Below are positions 25,295-35,023 of a stretch of DNA of 64,000 nt, piece after piece (position 1 is the stretch's first letter; every line of letters starts with the position of its first letter). The stretch comes from a virus, in IMG/VR virus record IMGVR_UViG_3300044972_000601, positions 1 to 64,000 of that record; one strand, written 5' to 3'. Under the pieces are notes generated by a model. That model did not search any database and was not told the origin of the DNA. It saw only the letters and a list, made by a program, of their open reading frames with translations. Made by a program: the position numbers and the translations under genes.

Positions 25295-25849
25295 ATTTTC
25301 ACAAATTAGATTCATTTGCACAACAATCACGTGTGCGTATGCTATAGAATGACTGTGTTTGAAAAAATACTCATCATTCTCTGGTTTGGTCCAAATCTCC
25401 GTCATCACTGTCGTCCAATCTTTCCCAATCAGGTAACGTTTTGCCGGACGTATCATTGCCAACACTGCCGCTAACTGTTCTATAGATCCAGGTTTCATTT
25501 GTCGAAGAATAGGTCCATGCCCATTCACGTGGAACAAATTGTTCACGAAGTCGTCTTCCAAGAGTAAATCCCATAGTGGTTCAGTCTCCAATAATTGAGT
25601 CAAATGCTCTTTGCTTTTAACACCATCATACACACTAACATTTAAAAAATCTATTTTAAAATAACCTCTATCTTCTGCTGTTTTATAATCTATAGTACTT
25701 ATTCCTGTGATAGGATTGTACGGAATACTAGTGCAATATACTCCAGTATTGTGTTTTTTAAAAATACCCTTGTCGTCAATAGCCGCAACCACGTGCTTGA
25801 ATTTTTTCAAAGCAATTGATCTATCAGCAAAGTCAATATCAACATCCAT
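25274..25849 (-). CDS. Minimal DNA polymerase III alpha (DnaE)-like catalytic core
   Basis: DVDIDF, KHNTGV, GYFKIDFL, LAMIRP, FKHSHSIAYA. Confidence 0.8.
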   Translation of the reverse strand: MDVDIDFADRSIALKKFKHVVAAIDDKGIFKKHNTGVYCTSIPYNPITGISTIDYKTAEDRGYFKIDFLNVSVYDGVKSKEHLTQLLETEPLWDLLLEDDFVNNLFHVNGHGPILRQMKPGSIEQLAAVLAMIRPAKRYLIGKDWTTVMTEIWTKPENDEYFFKHSHSIAYAHVIVVQMNLICENLTNLSN

Positions 25850-26541
25850 TATATATTACTCTCTCTAACTACTTCTTTAACCAACGCAACATCTGCTGGA
25901 AGTTTTTTAAATTTACTCATCCAGAATTGGAGATCAATAGTTGATCCAATTGCTGACAATTGTTCATCATTTAATTTACGCAACATCTCTTTACCGCTAT
26001 TGCTATTTAAAATTAGCCACGGACTCACTTTTCCATCTTTAATATCATAACAAGCACGACTTAAACTAACATATAGAAAGTAATGATTCCATTGTGCATT
26101 ATTATCATCACCCCATTTCATCATGTGTGTAATGCTACGTTGTAGTGCAGTTTCTACTGTTTCGACCCGGATAAGATCAAGTACATATTTTTCGTAAAGT
26201 TCATCTCTACACCATTGATCCAGTTTAACGCCGCTAACCACCACGTAGTCAATGAATCTGTCCGGGTATAAAGGATTAACATTACTAACAAAGCTGCCAA
26301 ACTTAACGAAAGCGTTATAATAAGGACTTTTAGCAAAATCCTCATAAGTTTTATCCTGCTTACTGTTTTGCGTTTTTCTGTAAAATCTGTTATAAGTATC
26401 ATATCCCATTACCACATGTTTTTCAGTCTTAGCAAGTGCTCTGCGTTTTTGCTCGCAGATATGCACAGCCAAAGTTTTTTCTTTACTGAATTTGTTCTTG
26501 CAATACTGACAAGTATAAGATATATTTTCCAGTAGCATCAT
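25849..26541 (-). CDS. Zinc-finger-containing hypothetical protein
   Basis: YTCQYCKNKF...LAVHIC. Confidence 0.7.
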   Translation of the reverse strand: MMLLENISYTCQYCKNKFSKEKTLAVHICEQKRRALAKTEKHVVMGYDTYNRFYRKTQNSKQDKTYEDFAKSPYYNAFVKFGSFVSNVNPLYPDRFIDYVVVSGVKLDQWCRDELYEKYVLDLIRVETVETALQRSITHMMKWGDDNNAQWNHYFLYVSLSRACYDIKDGKVSPWLILNSNSGKEMLRKLNDEQLSAIGSTIDLQFWMSKFKKLPADVALVKEVVRESNI

Positions 26542-27017
26542 TTAAGTTTTTTAGCAATAGTTGCTTCATCAAAGCCGTGTTTTCTGGCCAGCTCTTTCAT
26601 GTCTTTATCTGTGGCAAGATCTGCCAGTAGTTCCAACTCATCCATTTTTTTATTAGGATAAATCTCTGCAAGAAACTTCAACTTCTTGCCGCCTGTGCCT
26701 GTTTTCTTTTTATTACCTAACCATTGATGAAAGAAAACTGTTTCTCCATTGTAGCTACACATACACAGTAATTGCCACATTAGTTTAGGATGCTTTTGCA
26801 ACAAGTTCCAGTTCTTGTTAAAGTATTCGTTGACAGTCAATACAAAATGTTCCTGTACTTCTCGTTTAGAACTTTGAACATTACTAACATAGCGATTGAG
26901 AATAAAGTATTCTCCTTTGAGAGCTTTTTGTTGTTCAGCATCCATGGCATCCCACAGTTCTTTAACATTCTGATCTATTGCAGCCAGTTTTTCTTTAAGC
27001 TCTACTTTTTCACTCAT
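26538..27017 (-). CDS. Hypothetical protein, possibly clamp-loader small subunit (gp62-like)
   Basis: YFILNRYVS / HQWL pattern; weak similarity from memory. Confidence 0.45.
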   Translation of the reverse strand: MSEKVELKEKLAAIDQNVKELWDAMDAEQQKALKGEYFILNRYVSNVQSSKREVQEHFVLTVNEYFNKNWNLLQKHPKLMWQLLCMCSYNGETVFFHQWLGNKKKTGTGGKKLKFLAEIYPNKKMDELELLADLATDKDMKELARKHGFDEATIAKKLK

Positions 27018-27289
27018 ACTTTATCTTTACTAAGTTTGTATATCATTATAGCACGATCCAGGGCCTTTTGTAAAGTCACATTGGTCTTTGCTTCTCTCCG
27101 AATTTGTCCCCACAATTGATCTTCTTTCATGTGCTCATGCAGGGGCCGCCCATCTGCTGTTCGAGGATCTGTTCCATTTTCGTACTGATAACCAATTAAC
27201 TTACGCTCGTTATCTCCAAACTCTCTCGCATATATTTCCTCGCCGTTACGCTCGTAGATATATTTTGCACCAGGTTTAAGATCTCCCAT
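27014..27289 (-). CDS. Hypothetical protein
   Basis: Coupled ORF. Confidence 0.7.
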   Translation of the reverse strand: MGDLKPGAKYIYERNGEEIYAREFGDNERKLIGYQYENGTDPRTADGRPLHEHMKEDQLWGQIRREAKTNVTLQKALDRAIMIYKLSKDKV

Positions 27290-27876
27290 TACATCTCCTT
27301 GGCCACTAATATTACATCAAATGCTAGCAATGTCCGACTTCCTTGTCCATGCCATGGATTAACACTGTGCGGAATATGACTTGGAAACAATACAAATGTG
27401 CCAGGCTCTGGTTGAAATTTCCAAGTATCCTGCATAATAAATCTAGTTAAATCTCTAGTTTGCGGAAGCCTTAATAATAAATTTCCGTCTGCTGGCTTTT
27501 TACCTTCTCCATACTCTGGAACACTGGTGTAAATATGACCACTTAAATTTCCTGCAGGATGAGTGTGCATTTCCATATAGTCACCACTGAGCTGTTTAAC
27601 AGTTCTAATATTTACTACTTTAGGGTTGCAGTAATCTAGATCCTTTGTAACAGATTGTGTGGATACTAGATCCATATAACCTTTACACATTTCTTCAATT
27701 AGCGATACAAGCCAGCCGTAATCCACGTCGGTTTCATTGGGATATAACTGTACTTCTTGTGCTGTAATTTGCGAGTGAACTGCTTCCACGAGATTATAAA
27801 TCTTAACAAAATCCGCTGGTGGAACAGGTGCAGCCGCAACTATGATAGGTTGAAAATACGCTACTTTTAATGTCAT
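27289..27876 (-). CDS. 2OG-Fe(II) oxygenase
   Basis: HTH...LSG..Y, PEPG..VLFPS..PHSV, RTLLAF. Confidence 0.8.
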   Translation of the reverse strand: MTLKVAYFQPIIVAAAPVPPADFVKIYNLVEAVHSQITAQEVQLYPNETDVDYGWLVSLIEEMCKGYMDLVSTQSVTKDLDYCNPKVVNIRTVKQLSGDYMEMHTHPAGNLSGHIYTSVPEYGEGKKPADGNLLLRLPQTRDLTRFIMQDTWKFQPEPGTFVLFPSHIPHSVNPWHGQGSRTLLAFDVILVAKEM

Positions 27877-28379
27877 AATATTTTATCCAACTGAATGATT
27901 TCGCACTGACGTGAAATTTCTTTAACAAAATAAACACAATCTGGTTTGTCGCCGCCGCGTGTAGGAGTTGCTAATAGTTGATTATTTTTCATCTTTGGAA
28001 AATACCATTTAACATCATTATAAAAATTTACAATCTCTATCTTTTTAAACTCTACTCTAAAGCTACTTAATGGGTTAAAAACTAATGCTTCGAATCCTCT
28101 ATCATTAAGACTTGTTAACGGTAAAATTTCAATGTCACTGGCACTGCTACTATCGCCCACTGCAATACTCCAATCCAATGGCATTGTTACTTCATCGTTG
28201 CCAATTCTAAGTACCATTGCAGGTGCGTTAAAACTTTCCAGAAAGATTAATGGCATAAAGAAAAAATCGGGCTCAGTTGGATCGCTGTTGTCCAACACAG
28301 CAAACCGTGTATTTTCATCCACTTCTTCTGGTAAGTTGTTCAATGAGAACATTTTATTTTCTAATGTTAATATTTGCAT
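27873..28379 (-). CDS. Hypothetical protein
   Basis: Coupled ORF downstream of the helicase. Confidence 0.7.
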   Translation of the reverse strand: MQILTLENKMFSLNNLPEEVDENTRFAVLDNSDPTEPDFFFMPLIFLESFNAPAMVLRIGNDEVTMPLDWSIAVGDSSSASDIEILPLTSLNDRGFEALVFNPLSSFRVEFKKIEIVNFYNDVKWYFPKMKNNQLLATPTRGGDKPDCVYFVKEISRQCEIIQLDKIL

Positions 28380-28385
28380 AGTTCC

Positions 28386-29852
28386 TTATTTTTGCCAGTC
28401 TATCTTTTCTAATGTGAAAGGATACTTAGCGTCCTTGTAAAATTTCTTACGTTCAGTAAGATGCCGCTTGGCATATTTGCAGGTGCTGGTTATGTCCCAG
28501 ATTTGGACAAAGTCCTTGTCTTCTGCTTTTCTAATGCCTCGCCCAATGCTCTGTATAACTCGGGTAAAGCTCTTTCCGGATTCCAAAAGAACCAAATTAA
28601 AAATCCTAGGGATATTAATACCCACAGCGGCCACACCGTAAGTCGCCACAATAATCTTGTTAGTGCTTGTTTTAATTTCGTCATATTCTTCTTTGCGATC
28701 CTTAGTTTTTACCTCACCCGAGACAAAAACTGCGTCTTCAATTTCGTTGATGATAAATTTGCCTGAGTCAATTCTATTAACTAATACTAGTGTGTTGCCT
28801 GATTGTGATATTTTTTTAATTAGTTTACTAACATAAATCATCCTGTCATCGTCTGTGACAAGATATTTTAATTCGTCTGGATATGATGTAAAAACCGGCA
28901 AGTCTACCATTTGAACTATGTTTACGTGACATGCACTAAGCACACCTATATCTTGTAGCTCGTGTGCTTTGATGCCGCCAACTACTGGACCAAGACTTGC
29001 AAAAATTTGTTCGTATTCAAATTTTTCCTTGGGCACAGTTCCTGTCAATCCCCAACGAATGGGAGCATTACACAAGTTTTGTGTGAGTAAATTCTTCAAC
29101 ACTTCCGCTTTGGCCATGTGTACTTCGTCAACAATAACAGTCTTAACTCCGTCGAGAAATTCAGCAAGTGTAACAATGTCATGCTCGTGATTTTTACTTT
29201 TCTTATCGAGAATGTTAAGGCTTTGCCAAGTGCAAATGGTGTGTGTCTTACCTAAATCTTTGCGATCTCCGTAATAAACACCAACATCTAATCCCACTGC
29301 AATAAAGTCTTCTTCTGTTTGTTCCACTAGAGATTTATTAGGAACAATAGTAATTGTACGACCATATTTTTCTGCAAGCTGACTTAATGTTGCTGTTGTA
29401 ATGGTCTTTCCAGCACCTGTTGCAATCTCTTGTAGTGCTTGAGTATTGGTTAAAAATGTGTTAATTGCATCAACTTGATAGTCACGCAACATAATAGGCT
29501 GACCTGCTTGCTGGTGACCCTTTGGCCATACTTTGCCTTGGTCTGCCCAATAAGATTCTGTCACAGGTTCAAAAGATATCTTGCTAGTGGTACGTAAGTC
29601 GTCTACTTCTTCAACACTAATTCCCAGTTTGTTTAATACGTCTAAGATAGTTTCAAGCTGACTAAGATAACCGTTGCCGCCAAGCCCAAACAAACTGACC
29701 ATTCCGTCCCAACGTCCAAGTTTGTATGCAGGATGATATCTTGCATATGGATTTTCATACTTAAATGCGTTGGCTAATTTCTTGCGAGCATCCAGTGGCA
29801 AATTCTCTAACTTAATGTTAACTTCGTCTTTAATTACTAATCGTATTGTCAT
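28386..29852 (-). CDS. uvsW: UvsW-like SF2 helicase
   Basis: LRDYQ, ATGAGKT, DEVH, GLTGT, QSIGRG. Confidence 0.9.
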   Translation of the reverse strand: MTIRLVIKDEVNIKLENLPLDARKKLANAFKYENPYARYHPAYKLGRWDGMVSLFGLGGNGYLSQLETILDVLNKLGISVEEVDDLRTTSKISFEPVTESYWADQGKVWPKGHQQAGQPIMLRDYQVDAINTFLTNTQALQEIATGAGKTITTATLSQLAEKYGRTITIVPNKSLVEQTEEDFIAVGLDVGVYYGDRKDLGKTHTICTWQSLNILDKKSKNHEHDIVTLAEFLDGVKTVIVDEVHMAKAEVLKNLLTQNLCNAPIRWGLTGTVPKEKFEYEQIFASLGPVVGGIKAHELQDIGVLSACHVNIVQMVDLPVFTSYPDELKYLVTDDDRMIYVSKLIKKISQSGNTLVLVNRIDSGKFIINEIEDAVFVSGEVKTKDRKEEYDEIKTSTNKIIVATYGVAAVGINIPRIFNLVLLESGKSFTRVIQSIGRGIRKAEDKDFVQIWDITSTCKYAKRHLTERKKFYKDAKYPFTLEKIDWQK

Positions 29853-31033
29853 TTTAATCTTTGCTCAATAATAGTAGGTGCTTCGGAATATGTAATAACA
29901 AGGTCGCAACAATTGGTATATAGCGATGCTTTGTTATATCTGAGATTAGCATCGAACGAAATTACACTCATAGGAGTCCAGTCATTTTTTATCAAAAATT
30001 TGGGTAATTTTCCAGTTTGTATACCAACTACTTGTGTAGTGTTATCCAGCTGACTATTATATTTTTTCTCAGCGATAAGTTGATTGAATAATTTTCCTTG
30101 CGTATCATTATCCATTCTAAAATAAATTCCAACACTATCTGCAATATTATTTTTCTCCAAACAATCGCTCAAAATCACCATATTTTCTTGGAGTTTTTGT
30201 GGTAGCCAATTGGGGAACACAACCAGTAGTGGAAATCGTTTAAGTGCAATTAAGGACGTTATCACATTGTCCACAGTGTGTATTGTACTGTCAATCCACA
30301 AGCGAGACTGTGGTCTATTGGCAATATGCTCAACCAGGGAATTTCCGGTTTTTTCCGGTTTTTCTGTGAAATACTGGTACCTGACACTTCTGTCATTAAT
30401 GATGTTTTTGTCAATGGTTGTACTGAGTCCAAGGTCTTCAGTAATGGTCTTTTGAAAGGCATTACCGGGCATATTGCTGATCAAGTACTGGTCTTGAAAT
30501 GTTGATTTTTCCCAGGATTTTATGGTTTCGTAGTACTTTTTTATCAACTCATCGACTTCGAATTCTAATGGCAATAGTAATTCGCATAACACTACCACAT
30601 TCTTTTCTGTTAAGTCAGCTTGGTAACTTTTACCAGGTGCAACTATAATCAAGTTCTCGATGTGTTTTGTATTATTTTGTATAATTTTGCGAAAATTGGC
30701 AGAAAACGTGAATTCTACAAAAAGTGTTAAATCGTCTGACGAGTTTTTACCGATAAAGAATTTTTTCACTTGTTCAACTTTTCTAAAGTTTTTAGACCAA
30801 GTTGGTAACTCTAATGCGTGAACTAGGTCTTGGCAATTTAGGGCTATTTTTTCACTATGTTCCTTCAAAATCTTCAATAACAATTTTGATTGGCTTTCAG
30901 TAATAAAATAATGAGTACCCACTGCTGTTGCTAAACTTCGTAAAACTCGCGAGTCTCTACTGGGCATTATTTCTTCAATAGTGGGACCAGTAAAATTTAC
31001 AATTTTAAGCAATAAGTGATCAACTGTTATCAT
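29849..31033 (-). CDS. Hypothetical protein
   Basis: 394-aa ORF coupled to uvsW; TTGACA..TATACT promoter upstream. Confidence 0.75.
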   Translation of the reverse strand: MITVDHLLLKIVNFTGPTIEEIMPSRDSRVLRSLATAVGTHYFITESQSKLLLKILKEHSEKIALNCQDLVHALELPTWSKNFRKVEQVKKFFIGKNSSDDLTLFVEFTFSANFRKIIQNNTKHIENLIIVAPGKSYQADLTEKNVVVLCELLLPLEFEVDELIKKYYETIKSWEKSTFQDQYLISNMPGNAFQKTITEDLGLSTTIDKNIINDRSVRYQYFTEKPEKTGNSLVEHIANRPQSRLWIDSTIHTVDNVITSLIALKRFPLLVVFPNWLPQKLQENMVILSDCLEKNNIADSVGIYFRMDNDTQGKLFNQLIAEKKYNSQLDNTTQVVGIQTGKLPKFLIKNDWTPMSVISFDANLRYNKASLYTNCCDLVITYSEAPTIIEQRLK

Positions 31034-31133
31034 ATGTGTAGTATAGCATAGTTTTGTCTAATGTCAAACCTTTTAGACAAAAAAATAGGCCGTAAATATT
31101 TAAGGCCTATAGGTCACCTTTTGGTGGAATTGA

Positions 31134-31589
31134 TTATATACTTGCGTCTTCCATACCTGCAATACGCAATTTTACAATATTAGTGATTTGCCATTGTTTC
31201 TGGTCAAGACCTTTGGTAATACCCAACCACTTGTTGCGAAGTAAAGCAAACTCGTTGATAATCTTTTCAAAGTCAACAACATCTGCTTCACCTTCCACAA
31301 ACTTTTCACAATCACGACTGCTAAGAGCACGTTGATATGTTTCAAGGTATTTTCTAAAATGACTACTCTTTAATCTTCGCAATTCAATGTTCAGGTATTC
31401 CAAGATAGCCTCAATTTCTTGTAATTGTCCAAAGCGTTGTTCAACTACACCCGGAAGATCAGCCGCTGACTTTTCCAAGTTGCCAAAGATTTTTACTTCT
31501 CTCTTGGCTTCTTGTAATTCAGATTCAAAATGATCCACAGCATCCGGAATATTAGAAATATCCTTGGCTATCTTAGTATACCAACCCAT
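31134..31589 (-). CDS. uvsY: Recombination mediator UvsY
   Basis: KFVEGEADV...KGLDQKQWQITNIVKLRIAG; near uvsX. Confidence 0.8.
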   Translation of the reverse strand: MGWYTKIAKDISNIPDAVDHFESELQEAKREVKIFGNLEKSAADLPGVVEQRFGQLQEIEAILEYLNIELRRLKSSHFRKYLETYQRALSSRDCEKFVEGEADVVDFEKIINEFALLRNKWLGITKGLDQKQWQITNIVKLRIAGMEDASI

Positions 31590-31825
31590 TAAAAGTCCAA
31601 TTCTGGTGTATCGTCTTCGTCTCCGAAGCCATCGTCATTGAGATAATATGCAATAGCTTGATCAAGTGTTTCATCAACACCCGTAGCTGCTTGCAATGCT
31701 TTGTCAGGTACTCCAAAATCTGCAAGTAGATCAATATAGCGTTCTGCTACTGTTTCTAATTGTTTCTTATCGAGATACTCGACAAAGTTTAACCAGATAT
31801 CACCAATTTGTGTTTCATTCAACAT
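31589..31825 (-). CDS. Small acidic hypothetical protein
   Basis: Between uvsX and uvsY. Confidence 0.7.
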   Translation of the reverse strand: MLNETQIGDIWLNFVEYLDKKQLETVAERYIDLLADFGVPDKALQAATGVDETLDQAIAYYLNDDGFGDEDDTPELDF

Positions 31826-32867
31826 CTTCTGTTTTCTCCTCAGGAATAGTAGGTGTAGATTTAAGATGATAATTATTCATTATCATATCTAATTTATCAT
31901 CTTTCCATTCTTTTCGGTAGAATAAGTGTTCTTCTCCGGAGGTCGGGTCAACATACTTTAGTCTGTTGCCTTGTTGTGTCAGCAGTCCTTGTTTTTCAAA
32001 AAGATCTACAAGACCACTGTAAGGACTCATGCCTGTTGAATATGGGATTTCAATTTGCAATGACTCGAAAGGTTTTGCATAACGTGTTTTCATAATCTTG
32101 CAGGCAGCACGAATGCCATGTACTTCGCTTGTCTTAACACCATTTTCATCAGTCTTAAGTTTGAGTTTTTTCATAGCAACAACAATACTAGAAGCATAAA
32201 CAAATCCTTGTCCACCACTAATTTTGTCATCTGGATCAAACATGTCTTGGCTTGCGTATGTGTGATTGGTACATACCATACCCACATTATAACTGCCAAA
32301 CATATTAACACAATTACGAACTAAACTGGTAAGTGCTTTAGGTTTACGGCCCATGTCTCCCTTCATATCACCAGCTTCGAACTGGTTAATGTCAGTAGGG
32401 GTAAGCAACATACCCAATGAGTCTATGACAAATAAGACTTTAGGACGAGTCTCCATTGCTTTGTACTCTTTCATGAACTCACTGATGGTTTTAGCAACAT
32501 CATCAATCATAGCCATGTTGAGTTTAAGCAATTTATCTTCACTTGTATCTACACCAAGTGCATGTAGCCATTTTTCGTCAAGTGCATTTTCGCTATCAAT
32601 CAAGATAACATAGATACCTTGTTCCTGTGCATTTTTAACAATGTTTGCAGAACAAATGTAGCTCTTACCTGCACCAGATTCACCGGCAAACACAGTAACC
32701 TTGCCCAAAGGAATACCCTTGTGAAAGTCGCCACTAATAAGGGAATTCAAGGCATAATTGCCAGTGCCTACCCAGTCTGTAGGATCGTTAAATCCTACAC
32801 CCAGACCGTCAATTGACTTAGTCAAGGTTTTTCTAAATTTCGATAAATCGAAGGCTTTTGTAGCCAT
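31815..32867 (-). CDS. uvsX: RecA-like recombinase UvsX
   Basis: GESGAGKS, IDSENA, VIDSLG, SGGQG, KTR. Confidence 0.93.
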   Translation of the reverse strand: MATKAFDLSKFRKTLTKSIDGLGVGFNDPTDWVGTGNYALNSLISGDFHKGIPLGKVTVFAGESGAGKSYICSANIVKNAQEQGIYVILIDSENALDEKWLHALGVDTSEDKLLKLNMAMIDDVAKTISEFMKEYKAMETRPKVLFVIDSLGMLLTPTDINQFEAGDMKGDMGRKPKALTSLVRNCVNMFGSYNVGMVCTNHTYASQDMFDPDDKISGGQGFVYASSIVVAMKKLKLKTDENGVKTSEVHGIRAACKIMKTRYAKPFESLQIEIPYSTGMSPYSGLVDLFEKQGLLTQQGNRLKYVDPTSGEEHLFYRKEWKDDKLDMIMNNYHLKSTPTIPEEKTEDVE

Positions 32868-32933
32868 AAGTTATTTCTCCTAATAAGATAACCCGGGCGT
32901 ATGACTAAGTCACAGTGGCCCGAGTCGAACGTT

Positions 32934-33920
32934 TTACTTCTGACGATTACGAATCATTGCCAAGATGTCTTGGGCACGATTGTCACCGCCACTTGCATCA
33001 GCCGCTGGTGCTGGTGCAGGAGTAGCTTTTGCTACTGGAGCAGGTGTGTCATCTTCGTCATGGCTTACTGCTGGTGCAGGAGCCGCTCTAGGAGTAGATG
33101 TCTTTTGTGGATCACCAGTGTTCTGGCTCATGCCAGCTGGCTTGAAGTATTGACCCCAACGTTCCATATCATACGGCTCGCCATCAACTGATGCTTCAAA
33201 CATTTCCTTCATAACCTTGAGCTCAACATCAGTTGGCTTTTTAGGCAAGAAGTCGCTCAAGTTAAACAAACCATGTTGTTTAATTGCCGCTTGTTCTGTA
33301 TCGTTCAATGGACGCTCACGACGTGACCAAGTACTAGTAGAGTAGTCAGCGTAACCGCCTTTACTACCTTTCTTCATACGATAGTCAATACCGTGTACGT
33401 AATCTGTTGGCAAGTCTTCCAACTCTGGATCAACCAATGCCGCACGGATTGATGTAAAGATCTGAGGACCAATAATAAATCTACGGATTGGATTTGCTGG
33501 AGTTTCTTTTTCAGCAAGGCCGTCTTCAACAACGAATCCTTGGAAAATATAACTACGCTTTTTCCAGTACTTACGGCCCATGTCTTCCAATGCTGGGTCT
33601 TTGAACCACGCACGGACTTCTGACAAGATCGGGCATGTATTGCCTTCGCCATACATTTCTACGCATGGAACTTGTACTGTGATTTGTTTGCTTTCTGATT
33701 CACCTTTGATTCCAGCGAATGGCAATTTGATCATTGCACGTTCAACCCAGAAAAAAGTGTTATTGGCGTTACCATCTGGTAGGAAGCGGAGTGATGCTTC
33801 GTCGCCTTCTTTGAGATTCCAGAATGGATAAATGGAATTGTCTCCACCTGTTCTGTTACCGTCTGAACCTTTCGATTCTGCTGCCTTAAGTTTTGCTCTG
33901 ATTTCTGCTAATGTAGCCAT
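32934..33920 (-). CDS. 32: Single-stranded DNA-binding protein (gp32-like)
   Basis: LRFLPD, C...CPI, YWKKRSY, GGYADYSTS. Confidence 0.88.
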   Translation of the reverse strand: MATLAEIRAKLKAAESKGSDGNRTGGDNSIYPFWNLKEGDEASLRFLPDGNANNTFFWVERAMIKLPFAGIKGESESKQITVQVPCVEMYGEGNTCPILSEVRAWFKDPALEDMGRKYWKKRSYIFQGFVVEDGLAEKETPANPIRRFIIGPQIFTSIRAALVDPELEDLPTDYVHGIDYRMKKGSKGGYADYSTSTWSRRERPLNDTEQAAIKQHGLFNLSDFLPKKPTDVELKVMKEMFEASVDGEPYDMERWGQYFKPAGMSQNTGDPQKTSTPRAAPAPAVSHDEDDTPAPVAKATPAPAPAADASGGDNRAQDILAMIRNRQK

Positions 33921-34083
33921 AGTATTTCTCCTGTTGTAAGCCTATGTTTTGCATTTCTGCTATTTTTATGTGCCTGTATTGCTTTAGAACCTACTAAAGC
34001 AAAAAACGCATACATGTTATTGTATACGTTTTTATTTATCTTTGCAAGAGAAATCTTGCTTAAATGTGGTTTAATTTCACCAA

Positions 34084-35022
34084 TTATCTACGACCCAATG
34101 AAACTATTCTTGCCAAAGTTTGATCGTCTGCATATGTAACCGATTCTTTTAAACCATATCTCTTCATTTCGTCAGCAGTTAATTCCCTTGGTGGATTGCC
34201 TGTAGTGTAATACTTACCTCCAGCATCTCTTCGTACTGGCGGCACTACTGGTGCTTTATCAAACCGTTGATATTTGTCATCCGTTGGTTTAGTTTTTAAC
34301 AAAGCCAAATTGGATTCTGCACTTCCTGCTTTATATTTTCCAGCACCTAACATTCTATCTACAAATGCTTGATCAAGTCTGTTTTGCTTGCTGATTCCCA
34401 TTCTAGCTAACGCTTGACCGGTTGGCCCGTCACGTGGATCTACTGGTACTGCGGCAGGTGTTGAAACTTTTGCAGCTGAATCTGCCTGCGGCTCGTTCAT
34501 GCGAGCCAGTGCTTGATTGAAGGCTGCGTCTGATGCTGCTGGTGAAAATGCAGGGCTAGCATCTGCCGCAGGTGCTGCCGCAGGTGTTGTTTGAGTTTTG
34601 TTAGCTAATCTTTGATCTGTTGGATTAGCCTCTGGTGCTACAGGTGGCAGATCTGTGCTGGCTATTGGTGCAGGAGGTGTAACTGGTGATGTCACTGCGG
34701 CTGGTGCTGCTGGCACTGTTATATTTTGCAATTCAGCTGGCATGGCTTGGCCAGCTTTCCAGCCACCTTTTCCATCATAAACTCCGCGAACTAACCCGGC
34801 TGGATTCACGGCAACTACTTGACCGTTGTGTGTGGCTAATCTTGTAACATCTTGCAATGCTGGCGTCATTTTATTAAGTGCTATGTTAGGATCAACACCT
34901 GGATCTCGAGTAATAGTTTCGTCATGACTACCAACCGGCCGAACTTCGCCTGCTTCTAAAATTAATTTTTCCCTTAGTGAATTGACACGCTTAGATAATT
35001 CTGCTTCTGTAATTTTTTTCAT
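34084..35022 (-). CDS. Ala/Pro-rich hypothetical protein, possible head-internal protein
   Basis: MKKITEAE start; low complexity. Confidence 0.7.
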   Translation of the reverse strand: MKKITEAELSKRVNSLREKLILEAGEVRPVGSHDETITRDPGVDPNIALNKMTPALQDVTRLATHNGQVVAVNPAGLVRGVYDGKGGWKAGQAMPAELQNITVPAAPAAVTSPVTPPAPIASTDLPPVAPEANPTDQRLANKTQTTPAAAPAADASPAFSPAASDAAFNQALARMNEPQADSAAKVSTPAAVPVDPRDGPTGQALARMGISKQNRLDQAFVDRMLGAGKYKAGSAESNLALLKTKPTDDKYQRFDKAPVVPPVRRDAGGKYYTTGNPPRELTADEMKRYGLKESVTYADDQTLARIVSLGRR

Positions 35023-35023
35023 A

